Below, in pieces: positions 1-10,417 of a DNA stretch of 64,000 bases. The position numbers and the translations under genes were made by a program. This DNA comes from Patellaria atrata CBS 101060 (taxonomy: Eukaryota), in NCBI GenBank assembly GCA_010093705.1, contig MU006090.1, forward strand, positions 2,100,022 to 2,164,021, given 5' to 3'. Below the pieces are notes generated by a model. That model was not told where the DNA came from. It searched no databases and was given only the letters and a program-made list of their open reading frames with translations. Position 1 is the first letter of the stretch. Each line of letters opens with the position of its first letter.

Positions 1-2
1 AG

Positions 3-110
3 GTAAGGAATGCGGAGGTTCACCCGAAGGCGAGGCGCTGGGAGAAACTAGGCAAGTTGCTGGATGGCGAACATCTGCAGACTTATTTCGTGTGCAAGGA
101 TCGAAGATGA
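3..110 (+). CDS. Possible 3' end of a gene entering from the left edge
   Basis: Open frame VRNAEVHPKARRWEKLGKLLDGEHLQTYFVCKDRR ending in TGA at 108-110; too short to identify. Confidence 0.3.
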   Translation, partial: VRNAEVHPKARRWEKLGKLLDGEHLQTYFVCKDRR

Positions 111-599
111 AGGAGCCGCTTCTACATAGGGAAGTAACCCTCGTATTACGGTCTCGAGAGTGAATATCGGTGCTTGACCTTGGTGAGAAGATAGAAGAAG
201 TTCTTGGATAGTCGCCCATGTGATACAATAATATCCTGTTACTAGACCTGTCACAGTTACCTGCGCATTACCACCACTGTTTCCACTCACTCCGCAGCAT
301 TGGTCCCGTGACATTACATGTTTCTTATAGCGCACTACAAACCGCTCCTGATCTCCAACTCTTTATAAACGCTCAAGGAATCCACGACCAACCCAAGGAC
401 ACTACCTCGCTCTTTTCCACCACTACTTACCTTACCTGAGAACATTTAGTACAAACAAGCAAATGTATTCAAACCAGTTGCTACGACCCTTCAGGTTTGG
501 GCAATCCGCGCCTGAGCAATCGGTCATTATAAAAAGTGAATATCCAAAGTATGGATCCAATGCTCTCTTCCGCCAATCTTGAACCAGTACTAACCAACC

Positions 600-1238
600 A
601 TGAGTTATCCATACAAGAGCCAAGTAATACACCTTCGAATCGGCCCCAACGCCATCCCCTTTCAAGTCCAACTCGGCACCCTCCGAGCCCAAAGCGGCTA
701 CTTCAACGAACTTATCAGAATCAAACCAGAAGACTTCAACAACATCCTACACCTTGACTTCCTCGACCCCGAAGAGTTCTCTCAATTCGCGACATGGTTG
801 TCCACTCATACATGCCCCGGCATCTCATTCTACGCCTCTTTCATCGAGATCGGCCGTGTCTGGCTGATCGGCGAGCGTATGGAAGCCCCGTCACTCCAAA
901 ACCAGGCCATGGAGAGCTGGGTGCGAAAGTATATGCGCGATTGGCCTCCAGCTTGTATCGCGCAGGAGACTACGCTGTATCTGTATAGCCTGACAGAGCC
1001 GGGTTCGCCTTTGAGGAGTTTGATCGCGGATTGTCAGGCGCATAGTCTGTTACGTCAGGCGCCGGAGAGGGGATATTTGGAGCGGTATACTCCCGAGGAA
1101 GTGTTGGATATCTGTTTGGCGATGAGTAGAATTGCGACCTTTGGGAATTTCATGCATGAGTATGGGAGTCGCCATTTGCAGTTGGAGTTTGAGAATAATA
1201 TGCACAGGTATAGGGTCGGGTTTGGAAACGGGTCCTAG
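600..1238 (+). CDS. Fungal BTB/POZ-domain protein
   Basis: 212-aa single-exon ORF; 'VIHLRIGP..PFQVQLGTLRAQSGYF...HLDFLDPEEFSQFATWL' plus 'VWLIGERMEAPSLQNQAME' and 'EPGSPLR' match the fungal BTB pattern. Confidence 0.8.
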   Translation: MSYPYKSQVIHLRIGPNAIPFQVQLGTLRAQSGYFNELIRIKPEDFNNILHLDFLDPEEFSQFATWLSTHTCPGISFYASFIEIGRVWLIGERMEAPSLQNQAMESWVRKYMRDWPPACIAQETTLYLYSLTEPGSPLRSLIADCQAHSLLRQAPERGYLERYTPEEVLDICLAMSRIATFGNFMHEYGSRHLQLEFENNMHRYRVGFGNGS

Positions 1239-1570
1239 GTAGATCGGTTGGAGACGGTGGCTGATGGTTACACGCTGGAGTGCGGGATTCCGGTACCGTT
1301 TATATTACTGTACGATACGTTACTCGGGATGGTTTTCAGTTCGGAACTCTAGCAATGTGCTAGATTCTTGCGGAATTGGCTTTACTTTACCATGGCTAAG
1401 GGATTCGCAATAGAAAATCGTACTCACCATAAGCATACTTCCCTGCGATGATACTTCAACATAATACAAACTGTACAATGAGGACAGCAAGTCGCGTAGA
1501 ATTCTGTGGAATTGCCCTCGCTGATTGGAATTCTCATATAATTTGACTTTGAATTATAGGAAGAATTATG

Positions 1571-2471
1571 CTACTTCTGCCGAGCTTTCTTTCGCTTTTT
1601 GAACACAATCCCTTCTGATGGAGCACCCTTCGCTTCTGTGGCATCAACCATATCATCAGTGGGCATTAATCTCGGGGCCTTAATACCTATATCCTCTTCT
1701 ACCGGTTCAGTTTTTAATATGGATGAGGATTCCGCTAGTTCAAGCTCGGGTACGGGCTTCGTGTTTTTCTCCGTACTCGAAGGTGTGCGTCCAATGTCCA
1801 GTAAAGCATCCAGATCGTCCTCTTCGCCCTTAGAATGTGGATATGACTTGAATGATCTACCCCACATCTTCCTCTTCTCGGTGATCGCAACATCCTCTTC
1901 CTCCTCATCGCCGCCTAACTTTCGTTTGTGTACTCCAATGTTTTGTAAGGCAGGCTTGACGTCTTCATCCTCCTGCTTCTTAACCCCCTGGGAACCTATT
2001 GGGGTCTCCGACACTACTTCCCAATCCCCTACCATTGCCATCTCCCGTCTATACTCCTCCGGTATTGCAATGCCCATAGCTGCTAACTGTCCCAATTGAC
2101 GCTTACGCTCCTCGGGAGTCGCTTGTACCGGTTGGGGGTTCGCCACCGCATTAGACTTCGACGAAGAGCCGGATGTGGCTTTGGATGATGTACTGCTGCT
2201 CACGATACCATTTAGACGCGCAACTTCGTCTTTAGCCCTTTGCTTCTCGCGCTGTTCCTTCTCATGTTCCTTATGTAGGTCGCGGAGATTTCGCTGGATA
2301 CTACCCTGATGCTTCCCGGTAGCTTCATGTTGTTGGCGGTCGAATTTGGTATCTCGCACGAATATCTTGCAGAATTTACACCAGTATTTTGGCTATGGAC
2401 ATGTTTAGCTTGAGCTCATTCGTAGAACATCTAATAAGATTGCTTACCGTGGACTTCCAGTATTCGGCCAT
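1571..2471 (-). CDS. U1-type (matrin) zinc-finger protein, WBP4/FBP21-like
   Basis: Exon 1 2471-2448 (MAEYWKST), intron 2447-2393, exon 2 PKYWCKFCKIFVRDTKFDRQQHEATGKH; C-terminal FKKRK. Confidence 0.85.
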
Positions 2472-2697
2472 GTTCACCTACAGTTACTCAAGATATTCAG
2501 AATCTAACGGTCATTACTGTGAAATTGATATATTTGGTTTCAGGACCGATTAGCAATATTAGCACAGTAGTAGGACGTCACGGACCCTGGATATTTCAAC
2601 GGCCGCTAGAACTTCGGTACTTCTGGAGCTCTACAAGAACTATTCCGTCGGAGGTGCGAACCTGCACAAAACATCGCCGCCGAACAGCTTTTCAAGT

Positions 2698-4029
2698 ATG
2701 GCGTCCAGCGCCTCTCTCGTCCGACATGTCGCTGGAAGGGTCTTATCGCGGCCCTCTACATTCCAGATTGCATCATGTAGACCCGTTGCTGCATATTTCC
2801 TTCAATCCGCGCTCCCTTCATCTGGACATCCCCGACCCTTTTCTATGAACTCACCTAACTCCGCAACCCCGTCCAACAGCATATTCACCAACCTACAAGG
2901 GATCGGTGGCCCAGGAAACAATCCTATATTTGGCTCCAGACAATCTCTACCTGCAAATACGATTATTCGATTCGTTCCGCAACAGACAGCATGGATTGTG
3001 GAACGAATGGGAAAATTCAACCGGATATTAGAGCCTGGCCTGGCTATCTTGATACCCTTTATTGATCGGATAGCTTATGTGAAGAGTTTAAAGGAAGCTG
3101 CGATCGAGATTCCAAGCCAGAGTGCGATTACCGCAGACAATGTCACCTTAGAGCTGGATGGTGTTCTGTACACCAGGGTCTTTGACGCGTACAAGGCAAG
3201 GTAAGTTTAAGGTAATCATACGAGGATGAGCACGACTGATAATTGTTATAGCTATGGGGTTGAAGACGCCGAATATGCCATCTCCCAGCTTGCCCAAACG
3301 ACCATGCGTTCGGAGATTGGTCAACTTACTCTTGACCACGTCCTGAAAGAACGTGCGAACTTAAACGCAAATATCACAGCCGCAATCAATGAAGCAGCAC
3401 AGGACTGGGGCGTTACCTGCTTACGTTACGAGATCAGGGACATCCATGCACCAGAACCAGTGGTAGAAGCTATGCATCGACAAGTGACGGCAGAACGGAG
3501 CAAACGTGCTGAGATCCTAGACTCCGAGGGTCAAAGACAAAGCGCTATAAACATAGCAGAAGGAAGAAAACAGAGTGTCATCCTAGCTTCAGAGGCACTG
3601 AAAGCGGAACAGATCAACTCCGCTAGTGGTGAGGCGGAAGCGATTTTGTTGAAAGCTAATGCTACGGCTGCCGGTATCGACGCTGTCGCTAAAGCGATAG
3701 CGGAAGGTAAAGAGAATGCCACAGGAGCTGTGAGCCTCAGGGTTGCAGAACAGTACGTCGAGGCATTCGGTAGACTTGCAAAGGAGGGCACGTCGGTCGT
3801 CGTACCTGGAAACGTTGGTGATATAAGCGGACTCATTGCGAGCGCAATGGCTGTCTACGGAAAAGTCAGTGAAGGCCAGGCGAAGGCTGTCGCCGCGAAG
3901 GCGCTAAATGCACCCTCTCAGAGCAAAGAAGCGTCGTCAGAAAAGAAGCTGGAAAAGAACGTTAAGCACGCGGACGAAGTAGCACAGAGCGTGCTTAGTG
4001 GATTTGAAGAGACCAGAAGGAAGAGATGA
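2698..4029 (+). CDS. Stomatin-like protein 2 (SPFH/Band 7), probably mitochondrial
   Basis: FVPQQTAWIVERMGKF..., intron 3201-3251, Arg/Ser-rich N-terminal presequence. Confidence 0.93.
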
Positions 4030-4220
4030 TCTCGATATCAGGAGTATTGGATCAAAAGTTTAGGTCACTGTATTTATATTGCTAGGGAGCATTCTCTCCA
4101 GCTCATACTAACTTCGGACCTGTAGTAGGGTTTCTGTAAACTAATATACCGCCTCTTGAATCATAACTCGTTGTAATTGCTTTCACATACCTTTATTTCC
4201 AAACATACTTAGCAAGACAT

Positions 4221-5347
4221 ATGGCCTCCGATCCCCACAATTCCATATCTTACCCTTACCATGCCCGCAACATCCCGTACACATCCCCCTCATCCCCGCT
4301 CCAGACCCTCGATATCTGTCTTCCCCGGCCCCTCAGTTCCTCCGACCCAACGTCCACAATCTGGATAATGTAAGTCTCAAACCCAAACCCTCCTCCCGTT
4401 CCAACGTAATTCCAGTATGCCCTATACATGAGACTAATGCAAGCAGTTACATCCACGGCGGCGCCTGGCGAGACCCCCTCCTCACCTCCCACCAATTCGA
4501 TCCCGCTCTCCGCATCCTCCTCTCCCCCCTCTCGCAACCCACACCCACATCAGGACTCGGCCGCGCAAAAGCTCTAACCCACATCGCCGGCTTCGCAACC
4601 CTCAATTACCGCCTCAGCTCCTACCCGTCGCATCCTACTCACCCCTCCGACCCGACGGACGAGTCGCGCAACGTCAGACATCCCGCTCACGTGGAAGACG
4701 TGCGAGCGGCGCTCGAGTGGTTGGCGGGGGAGTATAAAGTCGGTGCGTTGGGAGGGTGGGGATGGGTTGTGGTTGGGCATTCGTGTGGGGCGATGATGGG
4801 GTTGCAACTTCTTCACCAGCTACGCGACATAGACTTAGGTATAGAGAGAGATATGGATGGGGTGGCGGGGGGTTTGAGCATGCCTCTGGGTGTGGTGGGG
4901 TTGGAGGGCATATATGATTTGGAGGCTTTCGTCCGCAATCATGAGGAGAAGGTATATAGGGAGATTGTGACGAATGCGTTTGGTGACGAGGAGGGGTGGA
5001 GAGAGGCGAGTCCGGCGGTGATGGGTGGATTTGGAAGGGAAATTTGGAGGGAGGGGAGGGTGGTGGTGTTGGGGCATAGTGGGGAGGATGAGTTGGTGGA
5101 GCGGGAGCAGGTGGAGAGGATGGTGGGAAGGTTGGTGGGAGAGGAATGGGTGGGGAGGGATCGAGTGGGGATTGATAGGTTTGGACTGGAGGAGGGGAAG
5201 GAAGAAGAGAGGGGAGAAAGGAGATTGCTGGTGGTCAAGCTATGGGGGAAGCACGATGAGATTTGGGAAGAGGGAACACAGGTTGCGGATGCCATAGGTG
5301 CGGCGGTGTTGGATCTGGCCGACCAGAATATCCCCTTTAAACAATAA
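4221..5347 (+). CDS. BNA7: Kynurenine formamidase-like alpha/beta hydrolase
   Basis: ATG 4221, intron 4370-4446, HGGAWRDP oxyanion motif, GHSCG nucleophile elbow, C-terminal GKHDEIW. Confidence 0.8.
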
Positions 5348-6712
5348 CATCACAGGGTACAAGTGTTGAGAAGGATATGAAAAGTTCATGAATGTTACTC
5401 AAGGAAATATACGCTCTTCTAGTGGGTAAGTCTCTGAATTCATAATCTCCGATGGTAGTATCTAGATAATCATGTACAAGCCTGCTTATGAGAGGAAATA
5501 TCAGCCTCAGAACGATGTACCTGCGTAACTTACACTGTATATAGATACTCATAGTCAAGCGACTAAGCGAGGCCATATTCGGTACTGTAGTAAATGTATG
5601 AATTAGAGTGGTAATCCCTAATCTCTTTTCGACCCCAAAACCCCAAGACCGGGTAATGTTGTTGGCTTTGTTGGTACAATTTATTATGGGCTGACAGATT
5701 CGCGAGTTTGGACGCGCCTCGCTTATCAATGAATACCTCAGTCAACCTGGAAGGTAGCTATTCCGTCCTAACCGACTCGATATCTATAAGGTAGGCCAGA
5801 AGGTTAGCTATACGCTGTCGTGAGGTGGTGAGGTGAACGTTGAGTGTGGTGATGCGGAAAGGAAGTCGAAATTCTACAGCATCACAGTCAATCCGGCCTT
5901 ACAGCCTAGGGCACCATCCTTTTAGCTACCAGCCATGCCAAGCTCGCCAGCTGCCAGCAAGCCCTACTAAGATCTACCCTTTCTCATCCAAACTTGGCAC
6001 GGTTGGGTTTCCTTCTCCGCGTTTCAGAATTTGAAAATACCTGGCTGATGGATTCTACGTAGTACAAGTGTTCCAACTGAAAATGGAAAGCACCATGGTG
6101 ACAATTGAAGTAAGAACATCTCAGATCTCGATAGGAGGTTAGATGGAAAGAGCAAGGGAGTCTCTTTCCTAGATCTGTATTACCTCGTTCCAAAGAGCTT
6201 AGGAAGTTAAACGCTCTCCTTAGACCCGTTCTCAAGTCTTATTTCATCGATTTTACTGTAACGGTATGGTTTATGGAACACGCTTACCCCTGAGAATTAA
6301 TTATAAGAACATGGCGTAACAAGTGATGATTGGCTAAAATCTTACATCTAGCCCATCTGCAAGCCATCCGAAATGCACCATTCGTCAATTCGCCAAGCCA
6401 CTCACATCGAAATGATCGAATTCAGCTCTTCAAGCCATGGAGGATGATGAGGCAGGCATGAGCTAAGAACGGAAGCTGCGGCCTTCACCACGCCAGTGCA
6501 CGTCTACTATGGGGCGCGATCGTCCCTTGAGGTGGCCAGTCGCCCCCCGATTTGGAGTATAAGAACCAAACACGTCCTTCCCCAGCTTTCCACCCTCTCT
6601 GTTGCCTCACTTAACCTCCACCAAATCACCTGTATATCGGAAACCTCATCCAACTTCATCTACTATCCTTGACTTCTTCCAAGACTCTCAACCCTCAAAC
6701 ACAATCGCCATC

Positions 6713-7303
6713 ATGCAATCCAAGATCTTCGCTGTTTTGGCTTTCGCTGCCGTTGCCCACGCCCAATTCCCACCGGCTTGCAGCGACATCCCTAAGTGAG
6801 CTTATACTTATCTCTGATTCATCAATCGAAAAACATACTAACCATAACTTAGCGCTTCCCTCATCTCTGCTGTCCTCCCCGTCATTCCAGCGAGCGCAAT
6901 CACCAACCCTACCGGCTTTGCTCAAGATGTTGCCTCTTCCTTCCAGGCTGGAGAGACCCCAACCTGGTTCTCGATGCTCCCATCTGACATTCAGTCATGC
7001 TTTGCCGCCGGCGCCATCGCTACCGAGATCCCTTCAAGCATCATGACCGTCACTGGCGATGCTACCATTCAAACTTCCACCGTCGTATCCACCGATGTAA
7101 TGACTTCAACTGGCGAGTCCACCACCGCGACCATCACCGAGGAACACACCTCTACAATGACTGATGTTGTCTCCAGCGAGACTGAGACCGACTCCGCTGC
7201 CGAAGAGACCTCCACCTCCACTGGCGGCGCAGCTCTCCCTACCGCTGTCATTGGCGCCGGTGTCGCTGGTGCATTGGGCTTCCTTGGCATGATTGCCTTG
7301 TAA
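6713..7303 (+). CDS. Small secreted Ser/Thr-rich GPI-anchored protein
   Basis: Signal peptide MQSKIFAVLAFAAVAHA, intron 6796-6852, S/T-rich stalk, hydrophobic GPI signal ...GAGVAGALGFLGMIAL. Confidence 0.85.
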
Positions 7304-7766
7304 ATAACTCTCACATGTGTTTTCATGTTGACGGGGTTCTAGCTGGTGACACTGGTTCGGTGAATTTGTCAAAGTCGATACAGGAGTATTGGCTTGGGGA
7401 ACGCTGTACAAATATGATTTGCCAAAATACTGGCCGAAAATTACTTCGAGACCCTTGAGGGTCTATGTCGTTAAATAATAAATTCTGGTGTTTGCCCCTG
7501 GTTTATAATCCCCCCGTATATTGCTGTTTCTTATTGCGTGAATATTGCCCATACCTAAGCTTACCTAAAATATGCTTGCTCAATTCTTTCCAACATGGCT
7601 CATAACAAAGCTGATATTTAAATTTGTAACCAATGTACCGTATTGTAGGTAGGGTTATCAATAAGGTATCTTCTTGACATCAAACGGTTGGTTACGGTAT
7701 GTTATTAGCTTGATGTTGCGTGATTAGCTCTTGTAGTCGGCCGTTTTCGCTTCGCGCCGCTAGTAG

Positions 7767-7772
7767 TATAAA
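7767..7772 (+). promoter_or_regulatory. TATA box of the snoRNA host transcript
   Basis: TATAAA about 135 nt upstream of the first donor site (7906). Confidence 0.5.
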
Positions 7773-7940
7773 GTCTTCACCTAGCTGCACCTCACTACAA
7801 CTCTGCAAGCTTCCTTTGCAACTTTACTGTTTCATCATGTTCGCTTCAATGTGCTATTCTATATGCTCTCTAGAAAGCTTTCAACATGCGCTGGCATGTA
7901 TAAAGGTATGAACCCCTCTTATCTACCTCTAAGTCTTTAC

Positions 7941-8018
7941 ATGATGAGCTTTCCCACGAACAATCCAAATCCTACAACGATCATGAAGGATTACCCACTT
8001 ACTCTAGAATTACTCTGA
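7941..8018 (+). ncRNA. Box C/D snoRNA 1 (D guide to 18S site equivalent to human Am159, SNORD45-like)
   Basis: C box ATGATGA 7941, D box CTGA 8015; CTCTAGAATTAC (8002-8013) is complementary to conserved 18S GTAATTCTAGAG; GAACAATCCAA (7958-7968) is complementary to LSU TTGGATTGTTC. Confidence 0.85.
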
Positions 8019-8175
8019 TATTCATACCTTCATTCGTAGACGCAAACTATCGGTCATAATCAATTGCTAACTACTATTTTGTGGATCAGATAACAGCCCG
8101 AGCTTAACAAGCCCACTCACCAGATTTTTTTTCTAAAGGTACGTCACCTCGTTCAATTATCTCATACATCTTTGG

Positions 8176-8260
8176 GTGATGATATTATGACTTTGGAAAG
8201 GCATTCCTCGACCTGAACCACACATGTCGAACCTGTCAATTAAGTTTCAGCCTTGTCTGA
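8176..8260 (+). ncRNA. snR41: Box C/D snoRNA 2, snR41-like (18S Gm1126 guide)
   Basis: C box GTGATGA 8176, D' CTGA 8213, C' ATGTCGA, D CTGA 8257; 16-nt guide TTAAGTTTCAGCCTTG complementary to 18S CAAGGCTGAAACTTAA. Confidence 0.88.
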
Positions 8261-8368
8261 CGCACATATTCCTCGTTCTCGCATCCTGAATACTTGTGGA
8301 TATCCCGCAACTAATTCTTTCCTAAACAGGTACATACCCACTTCAGATAACCTCGATCTCTTCCGTAC

Positions 8369-8494
8369 ATGACGAACACTTGAACGACAGGCGGACAGAA
8401 ATCTACTCTACGACGGAACGTCCGCTGAAAGCAAGGCGTACAAACCTTGTGGACGTTTTATTGCTGAGCTAGTTGCTGAGAACTCGTTACCTGA
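8369..8494 (+). ncRNA. snR70: Box C/D snoRNA 3, snR70-like (18S Cm1639 guide)
   Basis: C box ATGACGA 8369, guide CGACAGGCGG (one mismatch to 18S CCGCCCGTCG) before D' CAGA 8396, extra pairing GTACAAA 8438-8444 to adjacent 18S TTTGTAC, D box CTGA 8491; N+5 falls on the C1639 equivalent. Confidence 0.75.
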
Positions 8495-8613
8495 TCTACA
8501 CTGCACTCTGTTCAACACGATTTCTGTAGTATTCGTCGCGGGACACAAGGCTAATGCTCTCTTTGTCATAGGTATATATTATTTGTTTTTCTATTTTCAG
8601 TAGAACCATCCAC

Positions 8614-8698
8614 ATGATGATCACTATTCACACTGTTTGATCCGGATGCCTTGTAACGAGGGCATTCAGAGATGAACGTATAACACTGAAAATTCTGA
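8614..8698 (+). ncRNA. snR51: Box C/D snoRNA 4, snR51-like (25S Um2729 plus Um2724 guides)
   Basis: C box ATGATGA 8614; TATTCACACTG plus D' TTGA; ACACTGAAAAT plus D CTGA 8695; both complementary to 25S ATTTTCAGTGTGAATA. Confidence 0.85.
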
Positions 8699-8926
8699 TT
8701 TAATGAGGTATGTGCTAGTCACTCTATTCCAGGTTTCTCAGTTAACATGGACCTAGCCTGATTATACATGGTTCTTTGGCCAGCTTTTCTCTTTTTTCAT
8801 AGAGACTCTATCCGATATCATGCTGATTCATCCCAATCGTCGAATAGGTGATGCATACTTGCTCAAGTAATACTTAATCCATCATTCTGGTAAGTAAATA
8901 TTTCGTGTGATTATGTTCAGGCGTAC

Positions 8927-9006
8927 ATGATGATCTTAACTGTTCTATCTATGCTCTTTCCGAGATAAATCATTGACGAGCAAATCAAATCACCTTGGAG
9001 AACTGA
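8927..9006 (+). ncRNA. Box C/D snoRNA 5 (SNORD55/U55-like LSU Cm guide)
   Basis: C box ATGATGA 8927, D' CCGA 8960, C' TTGACGA, D CTGA 9003; TCACCTTGGAGA complementary to LSU TCTCCAAGGTGA. Confidence 0.85.
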
Positions 9007-9397
9007 ATGCTTTATCCTCCAATATTCTTTTCGTTTAGAGAAGTAGTCCGAAACTAATGTTCTGGATAGGCCCGACATCTGACAGATCGATAGCACGAGA
9101 TTTCGAATCATGTAAACTCATCTCTTAATTCCTGTTAGATTCAGTAAAATCAAAGAGAATATCAGTATCATAACATCATATATACCATTCAATGAACTCT
9201 ATGTGTCCTGCAGCTCAAATCCAAACCTTCAAAGTTCCACTTAATCTTTTTTATAGCCCAAATGATTCACATTTTTGTTACTCCAGTGACTCTATCCGCT
9301 CCATCGAATATATCTGCCACACTGTTAATTGTTCTTCCTTGAGATATATACCAATTCAGGATTTGTCATTAGCACCCAAGGCTTTCCCATCATTATC

Positions 9398-10417
9398 TCA
9401 TGCGTCTCCGGCGTTTAGTAAATCTGCCAAAGAGTCTAAGCACCTTCCTTGGCCATCATGTTGATGCGCAATCTCCAACAATGCCTTCCTAGTCCCTCCA
9501 ACTCGAAGCCCATAACCCTTCGGGCATGCCGTACCAATGTCGAATGACTTACATACGCTTCCCCGGTCTGAGAGGGACCGGAGTTCTTTCAACGCATTGC
9601 CCCAACGAGCTGGGCAAGAGAATTGCTCGGATCTCGAAGCAGCCACAGCGAACTGCAGGAGATCTCTCCCATCCAGTCTCGAATCTACACGGAGCTGTGA
9701 CCACAATTCCGCGCGTGCTTCGGCATCCACTCCAGGCGCAGACCTTTTCAGGCTAACTTTGTTCGCCTGCCCGATTGCATGCAGCGGATCCCAGTCACAA
9801 AGCACCGGCTGGCCAGTCTTCATCTTAACACTCATCCTGTCCTTGGAGAGAGTGAGATGAAGCTGTGTGATCTTCCCGTCCTGCAGTAGATCATGCCTGT
9901 GCAACATCATATCCTGGCGTTTTCTGGCAATCCATTCCCTCCTCTCTTCTTCCGGCACAGCATGTATACCGCAGAGGAAGCAGCAGCGTCCTAGCCGCAA
10001 TGACACCGTTAGTTTAGTCAGATACGCCGCCCTTGGAGACTTGAGGAAGGTGTCTACGGCCAGCTTGTGCGAGTATTCGTAGGGTGGGAGCGTGAAAGTG
10101 TTGTGGGCGTAATAGAACCCGAGAGTCTCCTTCCGCAGTTGGCGAGATGTTTGTAACATGGGAGGGACGCGTGAGAGGAGTGGGATCGGGTCGGGTGATT
10201 GGAGTGCTTGAGCGTAGACCTCATTGCGAAGTTCGCCGCGGAGGTCGAAGAGGCGGAAGATTGGGCCCGTGGGGTTGGTGGTCTCGTCCGCGACGACTTC
10301 GGAGGGATGAGCTGTCTTGATGCGCTTGGAGGGACGAACTCCTTCAGTATCGCCTGTCGATCTGGGCGGAAGACATTTGAGCTTGAGCTTAGTGCGATAG
10401 TCGCGAGGTTGAGACAT
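9398..10417 (-). CDS. F-box-like/2EXR-type fungal protein, paralog A
   Basis: FRLFDLRGELRNEVYAQAL...PPMLQTSRQLRKETLGFYYAHNTF signature. Confidence 0.75.
   Translation of the reverse strand: MSQPRDYRTKLKLKCLPPRSTGDTEGVRPSKRIKTAHPSEVVADETTNPTGPIFRLFDLRGELRNEVYAQALQSPDPIPLLSRVPPMLQTSRQLRKETLGFYYAHNTFTLPPYEYSHKLAVDTFLKSPRAAYLTKLTVSLRLGRCCFLCGIHAVPEEERREWIARKRQDMMLHRHDLLQDGKITQLHLTLSKDRMSVKMKTGQPVLCDWDPLHAIGQANKVSLKRSAPGVDAEARAELWSQLRVDSRLDGRDLLQFAVAASRSEQFSCPARWGNALKELRSLSDRGSVCKSFDIGTACPKGYGLRVGGTRKALLEIAHQHDGQGRCLDSLADLLNAGDA

Larger units (their letters stand above)
7800..9180 (+). ncRNA. Non-coding snoRNA host gene with five snoRNA-bearing introns (ends approximate)
   Basis: Introns 7906-8089, 8139-8329, 8330-8571, 8572-(8756 or 8847), 8890-9069, each with donor, branch point and YAG and one C/D snoRNA; no meaningful ORF in the exons. 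Confidence 0.8.
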
